From Trueperaceae bacterium (lineage in GTDB: Bacteria > Deinococcota > Deinococci > Deinococcales > Trueperaceae), in NCBI GenBank assembly GCA_034520945.1, contig JAXHNB010000009.1:32001-96000 (forward strand): a stretch of 64,000 bases of DNA, in the 5' to 3' direction. This document shows positions 42,641 through 52,626 of this stretch, piece after piece; position 1 is the stretch's first letter, and the number at the start of each line of letters is the position of its first letter. The notes below the pieces were generated by a model. That model had not been told where the DNA came from. It did no database searches and saw nothing but the letters and a program-made list of their open reading frames with translations. The translations under genes were made by a program, and so were the position numbers.

Positions 42641-44065
42641 TCAGTCGAAGTTAGCCCGCCACCCCGCGTACACGCCCCGCGCTCGTACCAAGGCCTCCCG
42701 GTGCGCCTCCGCAGTCGGCCCCGGCGCTTCGGCCTCGCGGCTGGCGAAGCGCGGCATGGGCGCCCCCGCCAGCACGGCGGCGCCCTTCGCGGAGGCCTCC
42801 TGCACGTCGGCGCGGCGAACGGCACGCCCGGTGACGTCCGCCAGGATCTGACGCGTCAGCGCGGGCTCCGCCCCGCCGCCCGTGACCGCCAGCGCCTCGA
42901 CGGAACCGCCCGCTTCGGCGCATGCCGCGACCGCCTCGGCCACCGCGAACACCACCCCCTCCACCGCCGCCCGCGCCAGGTGATCCGGCGTGTGCGACAG
43001 GGCCAGGCCCGCCCACGACGCCCGGGCGCGCGGGTCCATGTGCGGCGTTCGCTCGCCCGTCAGGTAGGGCAGGAAGGTGACGCCTTCGGCGCCCGCCGGC
43101 ACCTCCGCGGCACGCGCGTACAGTTCCTCCCACCCCCACCCGAAGGCGCGGCGCACCCAGTCGAGCGCCAACCCCGCATTCTGCACCGCGCCGAGCAGGT
43201 GCCAGCGCTCGGGCACGGCGTGGCAGAACAGGTGCACCCGCAGCCGGGGATCGGCGACCGGCGTCGCCAGCGGCATGAACACCTGCCCCCCACTGCCGAT
43301 GGTGACCAGCATCGCGCCGGGGTCCACCAGGCCGCAGCCGCACGCGGCGGCGGCCTGGTCGCTGGCCCCCGTCACCACCGGCAGGCCGGCCGGCAGGCCC
43401 AGCGCCTCTGCCGCCTCGGCGTGCAGCGTGCCCGCCACCTCGCCCGACCCGATCAGGGGCGGCAGCATGCTCGTGTCGAGCCCCAGCACCTCCACGACGC
43501 CGGTGGCCCACGCTCGGCGGTAGGGATCGAACAGCAGCGTCGCCGAGGCGTCGGATACGTCCGTCGCCCACACGCCCGTCATGCGCAGGCGCAGGTAGTC
43601 CTTCGCCAACGCCACGCGCGTCGAGGCGGCGTACACGTCGGGCTCGTGTGCCTGGACCCAACGCAGGCTCGGGCCCGTGAACCCCGTGACCACCGGATTG
43701 CCCAGCACTTCGACCTGCGTGCGCCGGTCGACGCGCTCGGCGAACCTGCGCACCTCCGCCTCGCTTCGCGCGTCCGCCCAGCTGATCGCCGGGCGCGTCG
43801 GCCGTCCCGCGTCGTCCAACAGAACCAGGGTGTGCATCTGACCCGAGAAACCGACGGCGCGGACCTCGCCGGAACCGACGGCCTTCGCGACCTCGCGCAC
43901 CGCGTCCGCCGTCGCTGTCCACCACGACTCCGGGTCCTGCTCCGCCCAGCCGGGCCTGGGCGTGTCCAGCGCGTAGGCCCGCGAGGCACGCGCCGCGATG
44001 CGACCGTTCGCGTCGACGGCCACCACCTTGACGCTGGAGGTGCCGAGGTCGATGCCGAGAACCAT
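42641..44065 (-). CDS. xylB: Xylulokinase-like FGGY carbohydrate kinase
   Basis: LGIDLGTSSVK, SGQMH, TDVSDASAT, PYLTGERTPH. Confidence 0.85.
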   Translation of the reverse strand: MVLGIDLGTSSVKVVAVDANGRIAARASRAYALDTPRPGWAEQDPESWWTATADAVREVAKAVGSGEVRAVGFSGQMHTLVLLDDAGRPTRPAISWADARSEAEVRRFAERVDRRTQVEVLGNPVVTGFTGPSLRWVQAHEPDVYAASTRVALAKDYLRLRMTGVWATDVSDASATLLFDPYRRAWATGVVEVLGLDTSMLPPLIGSGEVAGTLHAEAAEALGLPAGLPVVTGASDQAAAACGCGLVDPGAMLVTIGSGGQVFMPLATPVADPRLRVHLFCHAVPERWHLLGAVQNAGLALDWVRRAFGWGWEELYARAAEVPAGAEGVTFLPYLTGERTPHMDPRARASWAGLALSHTPDHLARAAVEGVVFAVAEAVAACAEAGGSVEALAVTGGGAEPALTRQILADVTGRAVRRADVQEASAKGAAVLAGAPMPRFASREAEAPGPTAEAHREALVRARGVYAGWRANFD

Positions 44066-44138
44066 GATGCGGGAGGGTACCAGCGCCTCGCGACGGGCGA
44101 GGACGCGTCCACGTGCGCAGATGTGCGCGTCGTCGCCG

Positions 44139-46409
44139 TCATCGCTCGGTGGACCGCGCGGCCGCGGCCCGCAGGCTCGCCCCCACCGCCGCGCCTTCCC
44201 GGTAGAACACGGCCGGCTGCCCGAGCGGCGCCGGCACCTCGACCCAGTCGCCGTCGCCGCCGACGTGCACCTCCCCGCTCCACAGGTGCACCCAGCGCCC
44301 TTTCGGCAGGTAGAGGGAGACGGCCTCCTGGCCGGCGTCCAAGACGGGCGCCACCATGAGGTCAGGGCCGACCATGAACTGTCTCGTCAGGTCCAGCACC
44401 TCCGGATCGTGCGGGTAGTGCAGGAAGGGATGCCGCACGACGGGCAGGCCCGTCTCGCTGGCCTCCCGCACCAGCTCGCGGCGGTAGCCGGCCCAGGCGG
44501 CGTACAGCTGGGCCATCGAGGCGAAGTGTCGCAGCGTGTCGGCGGTGTCGTAGACCTGGTGGTTCTCGCCCGGCCGGTTGCCCTCGTGCGTGCGAAGCAC
44601 CGGGGTGAACGCGTTCAGTTCCGCCCAGCGCGCAAGCAGCTCGGGCGTGCGGCGGTAGTCGAACGGCCCGTCGGTGATGGCGGTGTACCCGCCGGTGTCG
44701 CCGTGATTCAGGCTAAAGCCGCTGAACCCGCTGGACAACAGACCCTTGACAGCGGTCTCGATGCCGTCGTGTCCGTCCCACGAGACCAGCTGATCGCCCA
44801 ACCAGAACAGGGTGGCGTGGCGCGGCGACCGCGTGGAACCCGAACGGTGGAAGGCGACCACGTCGCCCAGACGGCCGGCATCCTCGATGACCTCCCGGTT
44901 GAAGGCCGCCCACATCTCGGCGTAGCGGGCGTGGACCTCCGCGGCCTCCTCGCCGCTGTGCAGCACAGCGTCGTAGGGCAGCCCCTCCCCGAAGTCGGCC
45001 ATCCAGCCAGACACGCCGCTGGCCAGCAGGGTTTCGGTGACGATCCCCTTCAGCCACGCCCAGGCGGCCGGGTTGGTGAGGTCCACGAGGCCCGCGTCGA
45101 AATCGCCCTGGTCCAGGCGGTAGACCTCGCCGCCGGGCGTCCGTACCAAGTAGTCCGCCGCCTCGGCCTCTGCGAACAGATCACGGTCGTGGACGTGCTG
45201 GCCGGCGTCGTCCGCCAGCATGGGACCGAGGTAGGCCAGCACCCGCACGCCCTGATCGTTCCGTAGCTCGCGCACCCATGCCTCCCAACCCGGATAGCGG
45301 GCGCGGTCCACCTGCCAGTTCCACCACAGCCGGTCCCCGAAGCGGGTGCGCCGCTGCCCGACCCAGTCCTGCACCCAGACGGCCGCCAGGGGCACGTCGT
45401 ACGCACGCGCACGCCCCAGCACCTCGTCGACCCGTTCACGGCCGCCTTGGACCCCCAGGATGGCGCCCTGGTGGACCCAGTCGGGCAGCGGCGGCATGCG
45501 CCCGGCATACGCGGTGTAACGGCGGATCAGGGCGGCCGGGGTGTCGCCGTACACGATCTGGCCCCGCATGGTGCCGGAGAACAGCTCGATGGTCGCCGCC
45601 TCGTCTCGGCGCAGGTCGAACGCGGCGTAGGCCGAGCTCTCCAGGAACAGCGAGCGAAGCTCGCTGGTGAGGTAGTGCGGCACGGCGGCGTAGCTGGAAT
45701 GCCAAGATCCGCCCGCTCCTTCGGTGAGATCGGCCGCCAGCGTGAGGGGCTGCAGCCCGCGCCCGACCCCCTGCTCGCCGATGAATATGGGCAGGCGGCG
45801 GCCCTTCATGTCCAGGTGGCTGAACTGCATGCCGAAGCCGAAGAAGCGTTCGCCGGGGTCGCTGTGGTAGCTGAGGTAGCTTCGGTCGATCTCGGCGTCG
45901 TCGACGTGCAGCTCGAAGCGAAGGCGGTCCGGACCAGCCACGGTGAACTGGAGTCGGTAGGGCGCGCGCCGCTGGCCGTTCGGGCTTCGGACCTCGCCGC
46001 GAAGCGTAATCGTCTCTCCCCCGGCCTCGATGCGCGTGAGGTGCTGCTCGGAAAGGCGCACCTGCACGTCGTCCCGCACCGTGAAGTGTCCACGCGACAT
46101 GGACACCGTCTCGTCGCCGTCCGCCGCCGCCACGAATGCCCTCCCCGACTGGCTGGCCCACAGGCGACGACCGGGCTCCGCCCGGTGCGTGACGCTGAGG
46201 ACGAACCCCGCCTCGGTCTCCTCGGTCTCCTCGGTATGGAGTCGGAACGGTCCGACGGCGTGGGTGCGCGGCACGCGCACAGCGCCGTCCACCGTGATCT
46301 GCCCGGCCGCGCGCCCGGGGGGATGCCATCGCGCCCACATCCACCATGCCAAGGAGGCCACGACCAGGAGGGCGAGCACCACTACGGCGAGCGAACGACG
46401 GCGGCTCAC
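44139..46409 (-). CDS. GH31 glycosidase, YihQ/sulfoquinovosidase-like, with N-terminal membrane anchor
   Basis: WVQDWVG..FGDRLWWNW, WMADFGE nucleophile, WLGDQ acid/base, DTGGYT, RTHEGN. Confidence 0.88.
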   Translation of the reverse strand: MSRRRSLAVVVLALLVVASLAWWMWARWHPPGRAAGQITVDGAVRVPRTHAVGPFRLHTEETEETEAGFVLSVTHRAEPGRRLWASQSGRAFVAAADGDETVSMSRGHFTVRDDVQVRLSEQHLTRIEAGGETITLRGEVRSPNGQRRAPYRLQFTVAGPDRLRFELHVDDAEIDRSYLSYHSDPGERFFGFGMQFSHLDMKGRRLPIFIGEQGVGRGLQPLTLAADLTEGAGGSWHSSYAAVPHYLTSELRSLFLESSAYAAFDLRRDEAATIELFSGTMRGQIVYGDTPAALIRRYTAYAGRMPPLPDWVHQGAILGVQGGRERVDEVLGRARAYDVPLAAVWVQDWVGQRRTRFGDRLWWNWQVDRARYPGWEAWVRELRNDQGVRVLAYLGPMLADDAGQHVHDRDLFAEAEAADYLVRTPGGEVYRLDQGDFDAGLVDLTNPAAWAWLKGIVTETLLASGVSGWMADFGEGLPYDAVLHSGEEAAEVHARYAEMWAAFNREVIEDAGRLGDVVAFHRSGSTRSPRHATLFWLGDQLVSWDGHDGIETAVKGLLSSGFSGFSLNHGDTGGYTAITDGPFDYRRTPELLARWAELNAFTPVLRTHEGNRPGENHQVYDTADTLRHFASMAQLYAAWAGYRRELVREASETGLPVVRHPFLHYPHDPEVLDLTRQFMVGPDLMVAPVLDAGQEAVSLYLPKGRWVHLWSGEVHVGGDGDWVEVPAPLGQPAVFYREGAAVGASLRAAAARSTER

Positions 46410-46494
46410 GGGAGGGGCGACGGGCCGGGCGATATCGTGCCAGCTTCGATGCCCTCAGCCTACACGCACCCAGTGGCGTGTCGTCGGGGCAGCT

Positions 46495-49362
46495 TCAAGG
46501 CTGGCGATCCAGCGGAAGCCGTTCGCGCGCGACCAGCAACCGCCGGAACGCCGCCTGCTCGAGCGGCCGGCTGAAGTAGAAGCCCTGCCCGACGGAACAG
46601 CCGAGCCTCAAGAGGGCGTCGCGCTGCGCCCGCGTTTCGATGCCCTCCGCGATCGTGTGGGCACCGATCGATGTCGCCAGGCCCAGCACCGACGTCACCA
46701 CGCTGCGGCCGAAGGGATCCTCGGGCAGGCTTCCCACGAAGGCCCTGTCGATCTTGATCCGGTCGAACGGGTAGTCGCGGAGGTAGGCCAGCGACGAGAA
46801 CCCGGTTCCGAAGTCGTCCAGCGCGATCTGCACGCCGAGTTCGTGCAGGGCGTGAAGCTGGGCGCGGAGTTCCCGCGACTCGTACGCGAACACCGACTCG
46901 GTGATCTCGACGATGAGGGCGCCGGGGTCGAGTTCGTGTCGGGCGAGGGAGGCTCGAACGTCGCGCACGAAATCGCCGTCGCGAAGCTGCTCGACCGAGA
47001 CGTTGATGGCGAGGCGGACGGGGTCCAGCCCTTCGTCCTCCCAGTTCCGCAGGGTCCGGCACGCCTCGCCGAGAACCCAGCTCCCCATCGGGCCGATCCG
47101 TCCGCTTTGCTCGGCCACGCCGATGAACATCCCGGGCGGCACCAGGCCCCGCTCGGGATGCTGCCAGCGGATGAGCGCCTCGCACGCCACTAGGCGTCCG
47201 GTCGTCAGGTCGACCTGGGGCTGGTAATGCAGCACGAACTGTTCCTGTTCGAGGGCCGCGCCCAACTCCTGGACCAATCGCACGCGGGCGCGGGTCGCCT
47301 CGTGAAGCGCCTCGGTGTAGGCCTGGCCGTTGGCGTTGACGCCGTGCTTGGCGGCGTGGAGCGAGATCTCCGACTCGCGCAGAAGCGCTTCGGCGTCGCG
47401 GGACTGGTGCGACACCTGCGTGTAGCCCACACGCATCGCGACGGTCAGCTCCACGCCGGCCACATGGAATGGGTCCGCGAACATGCCGTCGCTGCGCCCG
47501 ACGAGCATACGGACCACGTCGCCTGGCGGCCCCTCGGAGGGGACGAGCGCCGCGAAGCCGTCGCCGCCCGTGCGCGCCACCAGCCCGCCGGGGCCGGCCC
47601 GTGCCTGTAGGCGCCGTCCGACGGCCCCGAGCAACGCATCGCCCACCGCGTATCCGTGCGCCTCGTTGACGTTGCGCAACTCCCTCAGGTCGAGAGACGC
47701 CAAGATGGCGCTCGGAGACGTGTCGCCCGCATCCAAACGCTCCTGAAGCATCCGCACCAGCCCGTCGCGGGAGTACAGCCCCGTGGTCCGATCGGTGTGG
47801 GCAAGTTTCTCCAACTCCAGCTCGGCCTGCTTCTCCGCCTCGATGTCTTGGATCGCCCCTCGAACGGCGACGACCACGCCGTTCGTGTCGCGTACCGGCT
47901 CGCCCACCACGCGGACCCACACGCGACGGTTCTTGGCGGTCACGATCTGCAGCTCCTCGTGGATCGGCGTGCCTTCGGCACTGGCACGCTCCATGGCGCG
48001 GGAGATCCGTGGTCGGTGCTCAGGCGGGTAGTACGCGAGTGCTGCCTGGGGCGTAGGGCGCGTGCCGGGTGGCTCGTCGTGAATCTCGCAGACGGTGTCG
48101 GACCAGGTGATCTCGCCTGTGCCGAGGTCGACGCTCCAGCCGCCAATGCTCGCCATTCGGCCCGCCATCTCGAGCAGCTCCCCTTGGCGGCCTACCGCAT
48201 CGTGCGCCTCGACGAGTTCGGTCACGTCCTGTACGGTGCCCGAGACCGACATAGGTCGACCGTTCTCGTCGTGCAGGCGTTCGCCGTACAGCTGCACGTG
48301 CCGGATCTCGCCGTCGGCTCGAACGATGCGGAACCTTCCCTCGCCGCGGCCCTCGCCCTCGACGAGGGTCGCGTGCAGCGCCTCCACGTTGGCGCGATCA
48401 CTGCGGTGCACAAGCTCATACAGGGAAGCGGAGCTCGGCCGGAAGCTGTTCGGGGCATGACCGAAGATGCGGTACGCCTCGCGGGTCCAGACGTACGCGT
48501 CGGTGCCGAGCTTGCGATACCAGGTCCCGATGCGGGCGATGCGCTGGGACTCGGCCAACATCCGTTCCCGTTCGGCCAGCTGGGCATGGGTGGCGGCCTG
48601 GCGGTCCAGCATGGCGTTCAGGCCAGCGCCGAGGCGGGCCACCTCGTCGTGCCCGGACACGTCGGCGCGGGCGCCCTCGTCGCCCCCCGCGACCCGGTCG
48701 ACGACCGCCGCCAGACGACCGACCGGCGCGCCCAGGCGCCGGTGCAGCAACCCCAAGGCCGCCAGGCTGAGCAGCGCGAAGGCGAGCGCCGCACCGAAGA
48801 ACCCCAGAACCGCGACGTACAAGGCGCGGTTCTCTATGTCGAAATGGGCACGAAGCATGGCGTCCATGGCGCTGTCGAGTTCGCCGCCGAGCGCCGCCAT
48901 GCGCGACATCACCTCCGCCATCTCGCGCGGAACGCCGAGCGCCCCCTGTCCGCCCTCGCGTTCTGCCAGGGATGCGCTGCCCGGACCCGCGTAGCGGTCT
49001 GCCAGGGCCAGCATCTCGCCGATCGCGCCGACGGCCTGCTCGGCCGCGGGGTCGGTGTCAGCCCGTTGCGCCAGCGCGTCCTGAACCGCGCGGGCTTCGC
49101 GCTGGAACGATTCATACGCCGATGCGGTGGCGCTTGAAAGAAGAAGCGCGTCGCTGGCGGCCGACAGGTCGTCCAGTCGAACCTGCAGGTGCGTGAGCTG
49201 ATCCAGCTCCTGCTGATGCTCGCGCACCTCACCCAGCGTCCACGCCCCGAACGTGGCCAGGCCGACCATAGCGACCAGGCTCGAGGCGATCAGGGCCAGC
49301 GACAAGCGGGCCAGCCTCACGGCGGCGATCCTTGTCGCGCGTGGCCCAGTGACGTGCGGCAC
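46495..49362 (-). CDS. Membrane HAMP-PAS-PAS-GGDEF(degenerate)-EAL protein, probable c-di-GMP phosphodiesterase
   Basis: GGDGF in place of GGDEF; intact EALIRW, EITES, DDFGTGFSSL, AEGIE. Confidence 0.92.
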   Translation of the reverse strand: MPHVTGPRATRIAAVRLARLSLALIASSLVAMVGLATFGAWTLGEVREHQQELDQLTHLQVRLDDLSAASDALLLSSATASAYESFQREARAVQDALAQRADTDPAAEQAVGAIGEMLALADRYAGPGSASLAEREGGQGALGVPREMAEVMSRMAALGGELDSAMDAMLRAHFDIENRALYVAVLGFFGAALAFALLSLAALGLLHRRLGAPVGRLAAVVDRVAGGDEGARADVSGHDEVARLGAGLNAMLDRQAATHAQLAERERMLAESQRIARIGTWYRKLGTDAYVWTREAYRIFGHAPNSFRPSSASLYELVHRSDRANVEALHATLVEGEGRGEGRFRIVRADGEIRHVQLYGERLHDENGRPMSVSGTVQDVTELVEAHDAVGRQGELLEMAGRMASIGGWSVDLGTGEITWSDTVCEIHDEPPGTRPTPQAALAYYPPEHRPRISRAMERASAEGTPIHEELQIVTAKNRRVWVRVVGEPVRDTNGVVVAVRGAIQDIEAEKQAELELEKLAHTDRTTGLYSRDGLVRMLQERLDAGDTSPSAILASLDLRELRNVNEAHGYAVGDALLGAVGRRLQARAGPGGLVARTGGDGFAALVPSEGPPGDVVRMLVGRSDGMFADPFHVAGVELTVAMRVGYTQVSHQSRDAEALLRESEISLHAAKHGVNANGQAYTEALHEATRARVRLVQELGAALEQEQFVLHYQPQVDLTTGRLVACEALIRWQHPERGLVPPGMFIGVAEQSGRIGPMGSWVLGEACRTLRNWEDEGLDPVRLAINVSVEQLRDGDFVRDVRASLARHELDPGALIVEITESVFAYESRELRAQLHALHELGVQIALDDFGTGFSSLAYLRDYPFDRIKIDRAFVGSLPEDPFGRSVVTSVLGLATSIGAHTIAEGIETRAQRDALLRLGCSVGQGFYFSRPLEQAAFRRLLVARERLPLDRQP

Positions 49363-49559
49363 GCCGCCCGCCTCGCGCCGGCCTCGTCATCCGCCGCGAT
49401 GCCCGCGCCCTGATGGCTACGCGCCGCCGTGGGCAACCTCAGCAACGTCCTCTCCCTCGCCCGAGATGCGAACCGCCCTGATCCCGTTACCGTACGACAT
49501 GATCGGCACCGAACGAGTCGCGGCGTCACACCCTGTTTCCGCCGAACCGGCCCTGACCG

Positions 49560-50540
49560 TCACGACACGAACGTTGACGACGCCCCCAGCCAATCCCGCG
49601 TCTGCGCTTCGGTGAGGTTCCCCCCGCACAGAATCGTTCCCACCGTCCCGCCCCGGAAGCGCTCCGGCTCCTCCAGCAGGGCCGCCACGCCCACCGCGCC
49701 CGAAGGCTCGATCACCACGCCGGCATGCCGGTGCACCAGGCGCATGGCCTCGATGATCGCGTCCTCGCTGACCAGCACGGCGTCGTCGACCAGGTCGCGC
49801 ATGTCGTGCAGCGCCTGCCGCACCGGAATGCGCACGCCGATGCCGTCCGCGATGGTGTCGACCGAGGCGTGCTCGACCGGCGCGCCCGTGCGCCAGGACT
49901 CGATCATGGCGGGTGCGCCGGCGGCCTGAACGGCGACCATGCGCGTGCGTGGGCTGCGGGCGTCGAGCACGGTCGCGACGCCGTTGAACATCGCGCCGTT
50001 GCCGAGCGCGACCAGGAGCGCGTCCAACGGTTCGGGGAAATCAAGCCACTCCAGGCCCATCGTGCCCGCCCCCTCGACCGTCTCGACGTCGAGGCCATCC
50101 TCTACGAAGCGCACACCGCGCTGCTCGGCCACGCGCTTCGCCTCGAGCTTGGCCGCGTCGAAGTCCTCCCCGTGCAGCACGACCTCGGCGCCCATGGCGC
50201 GCATGCGGCGGATCTTCAGTGGGTTGGCGTTCGTACTGGCGTACACGGTGAGCGGAACCCCGCGCGCGCGGCAGGCGTACGCCATGGCCTGCCCGAAGTT
50301 GCCGGCGCTGGCGCACATCAGCGGGGCGTCGTCCACCCGTTGCGACACGAAGAAGTCGGCGCCGCGCCCCTTGAACGAGCGGATCGGGTTCAGCGACTCG
50401 ACCTTGATGGCCGTCCGCACGCCCAGCGCCTCGCTGAGCGGTTCGCACACGAACTGCGGCGAGCGGGTGAACACGGGGTCGATCGTCCGGGCGGCCGTCT
50501 GGATCCGATTCCACCTCAGGCGAGGCTGCGCCTCGTGCAT
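49560..50540 (-). CDS. PLP-dependent threonine/serine dehydratase-family protein
   Basis: SFKGRGA, SAGNFGQ, TIADGI, EPSGA, CGGN. Confidence 0.9.
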   Translation of the reverse strand: MHEAQPRLRWNRIQTAARTIDPVFTRSPQFVCEPLSEALGVRTAIKVESLNPIRSFKGRGADFFVSQRVDDAPLMCASAGNFGQAMAYACRARGVPLTVYASTNANPLKIRRMRAMGAEVVLHGEDFDAAKLEAKRVAEQRGVRFVEDGLDVETVEGAGTMGLEWLDFPEPLDALLVALGNGAMFNGVATVLDARSPRTRMVAVQAAGAPAMIESWRTGAPVEHASVDTIADGIGVRIPVRQALHDMRDLVDDAVLVSEDAIIEAMRLVHRHAGVVIEPSGAVGVAALLEEPERFRGGTVGTILCGGNLTEAQTRDWLGASSTFVS

Positions 50541-50705
50541 GCGGCAACGCTACCAGCACCATGTACTCCATCGCGGGCCCGGGGAAGACGGACGTTCGCC
50601 CACGGTGTTCGGAACTTTGGCGCCACGATGCGCGCGTCGCTGCCGTAGCTTGCTAGCCTGCAGGATGAACACCGAGCGCTCGTCGCGTGCGGCGAAAGGA
50701 GGCTC

Positions 50706-51023
50706 ATGGAGGCCTGGATCGGCCCGATCCTGCTGGTCCTTTTGGTGGTCACCGGCGTGCTGGCGTTCGCGCCGGGCGGGCGCCGCGACCACGAGTGGGT
50801 GGAGTTCTCGGCGTCGCCCGCGCACCGTCCCGCAGCGACGGTGAACGCGTTCACCAAGCTCCGCGCCAACGGCGTCCGGTGCCGCCTGCGGAACCACCGC
50901 AGGACGTTTTTGGCGCTGGGAAGCCCCGGCTACGCGCAGGCCCTGCTGGTGCACCAAGACGACCTGCCCGAGGCACGCCGGCTGGTGCCGGACGCCCGCA
51001 TCGACGCGGGCGGTGGCGGGTAG
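50706..51023 (+). CDS. Small membrane-anchored hypothetical protein
   Basis: AAAGGAGG RBS, N-terminal TM, LRANGV...LLVHQDDLPEARRL. Confidence 0.7.
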   Translation: MEAWIGPILLVLLVVTGVLAFAPGGRRDHEWVEFSASPAHRPAATVNAFTKLRANGVRCRLRNHRRTFLALGSPGYAQALLVHQDDLPEARRLVPDARIDAGGGG

Positions 51024-51075
51024 CGCATCGGACCTGGGCGGGTCGTCGGGAGGCGTGACGGCACCTGCCATCGGT

Positions 51076-51789
51076 TCACCGCTCGCGTGCGTTTCCCTGT
51101 TCCCGTACCTCGACGTCCGTCGCGACGAGGCGGGCGCGGCGCAAGCCCCGGAGCGCGTTGCCGATCCACAGCGCCGCGCCGTCCCGCAGGTCGGCCGGCG
51201 TCACCTCGCCCGCGACGGCGCGGCCCTCCACCAGCAGGTCGGCCCGCAGCACGCCCGGCAACGCCCCCGCCGACACCGGCGGGGTGATCAGGTGCGCCCC
51301 CCGCGTCATGAACACGTTGCTGATCGCCCCCTCGGCCACCTGACCGCGCTGGTTCATGAACAGCACGTCGGCCCAACCGTAGCGCCGGGCCACGGTCGTG
51401 GCGGTGTCGTACACCTGCCGGTGCGTGGTCTTGTGCCGTCGCCACGGATCGTCGGCTGCGATGCGCTCGCGCGCCAACGCGACCGGCACCGGTTCGGGCG
51501 GGCCGGCCTCCAACCGCCGGGTTTGGCAGCGCACCTCGCCGTCGGCCCGCAGCTCGAGCCGAACCCGCCACACGCCGGGCGCGTCGGGGACGGCCTCCGC
51601 CAGGGCGCGCCGCACGTCGGGCTCGGCGTAGCGGTGGCCCAGCGTCTGCGCCGAAGCCCGAAGCCGGGCGAGGTGCCGCTCCAGGCGCGCGTACCCCTCC
51701 TCGTAGCGCAGCGTCTCGATCAGAGCGGGCGGCGCGTCGGGATCGGTGCCAAGCTCGTGCGGGTCTTGGCAACCGTGGCGCGCGGTCAT
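51076..51789 (-). CDS. Class IV aminotransferase-like protein (PabC-like)
   Basis: LIETLR, HLARL, HKTT, EGAISNVF, ALPGVLR, NALRG; ATG overlaps the comB stop. Confidence 0.85.
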   Translation of the reverse strand: MTARHGCQDPHELGTDPDAPPALIETLRYEEGYARLERHLARLRASAQTLGHRYAEPDVRRALAEAVPDAPGVWRVRLELRADGEVRCQTRRLEAGPPEPVPVALARERIAADDPWRRHKTTHRQVYDTATTVARRYGWADVLFMNQRGQVAEGAISNVFMTRGAHLITPPVSAGALPGVLRADLLVEGRAVAGEVTPADLRDGAALWIGNALRGLRRARLVATDVEVREQGNARER

Positions 51790-52506
51790 GGTCGGTCCCC
51801 CGCCACGACGAAGCGTGCCGGGTCCCGCGCCTGAAGGACCGGTACCTGCTGCACCACGTCGGGCCGTGCCGCGTAGGCGATGTCCGCGTCGAACCCCAAA
51901 CCGGCGAGCCCCCTGGCGTGACGGGCCGTGCGCACGACGGCCTCGATCCCCTCGGGATGCGTCGCGACCCTCATCGCCACCTGGGCGGCGTCCGACACCT
52001 CGAAGCGGTCCGTTCCCTCGCTCAGCACGTAGGCGATCCGGCCCGCCCCCACCACGTCGTCGATGGACACCCGGCCGTCCGTGCCGGCGCAGACGATCAG
52101 GACCTCCGTCCGTGCCAGCGTTCGCGCCTGCGCCGCGACGGCGTGGGCGTTGACGATGGCGCCCAGCAGCACGTGACGCGCGTTCGCGACCCGTTCGACG
52201 GCCTTCGATCCGTTGGTAGTGCAGAGGATCGCGTGGCGACCGGCCACGTCGCGTTCGGTCGTGTTCCAGCGGCGAGTTCCCGCCGTCGAAACCCGGCAGC
52301 GCCACCCCGCCCCGCTCCCCCCGAAGCAGCGCGCCGGTCGCCTCCGCGCGGGCGCGGGCGGCCGCCTCGTCCGCGATCACCGTCAACTCGGCCAGGCCGC
52401 GGGCGAACAGGCTGGCCGCGGTCGTGGTCATGCGCAGCACGTCGACGACGATGGCGACGTCGTCGGTGCGAGCGCCGGGGGTGAACGCCACGTCGAGGCG
52501 GATCAT
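51786..52506 (-). pseudogene. comB: 2-phosphosulfolactate phosphatase family, apparent +1 frameshift near 52260
   Basis: IVVDVLRMTTT, GERGG..PGFDGGNSP in one frame; TTNGS, CAG..SIDDVVGAG in another. Confidence 0.85.
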
Positions 52507-52626
52507 CGGGTCCTTCTATCACGTGCTGCGCAGGGCGCGCGTGGCGTTCGCCGTCGACGCGGCCCCCACGGGCGGGCGCCGTCACGGCACGCGCCACGCC
52601 GCCCCATGGCATGCTCGCGTCCATAC

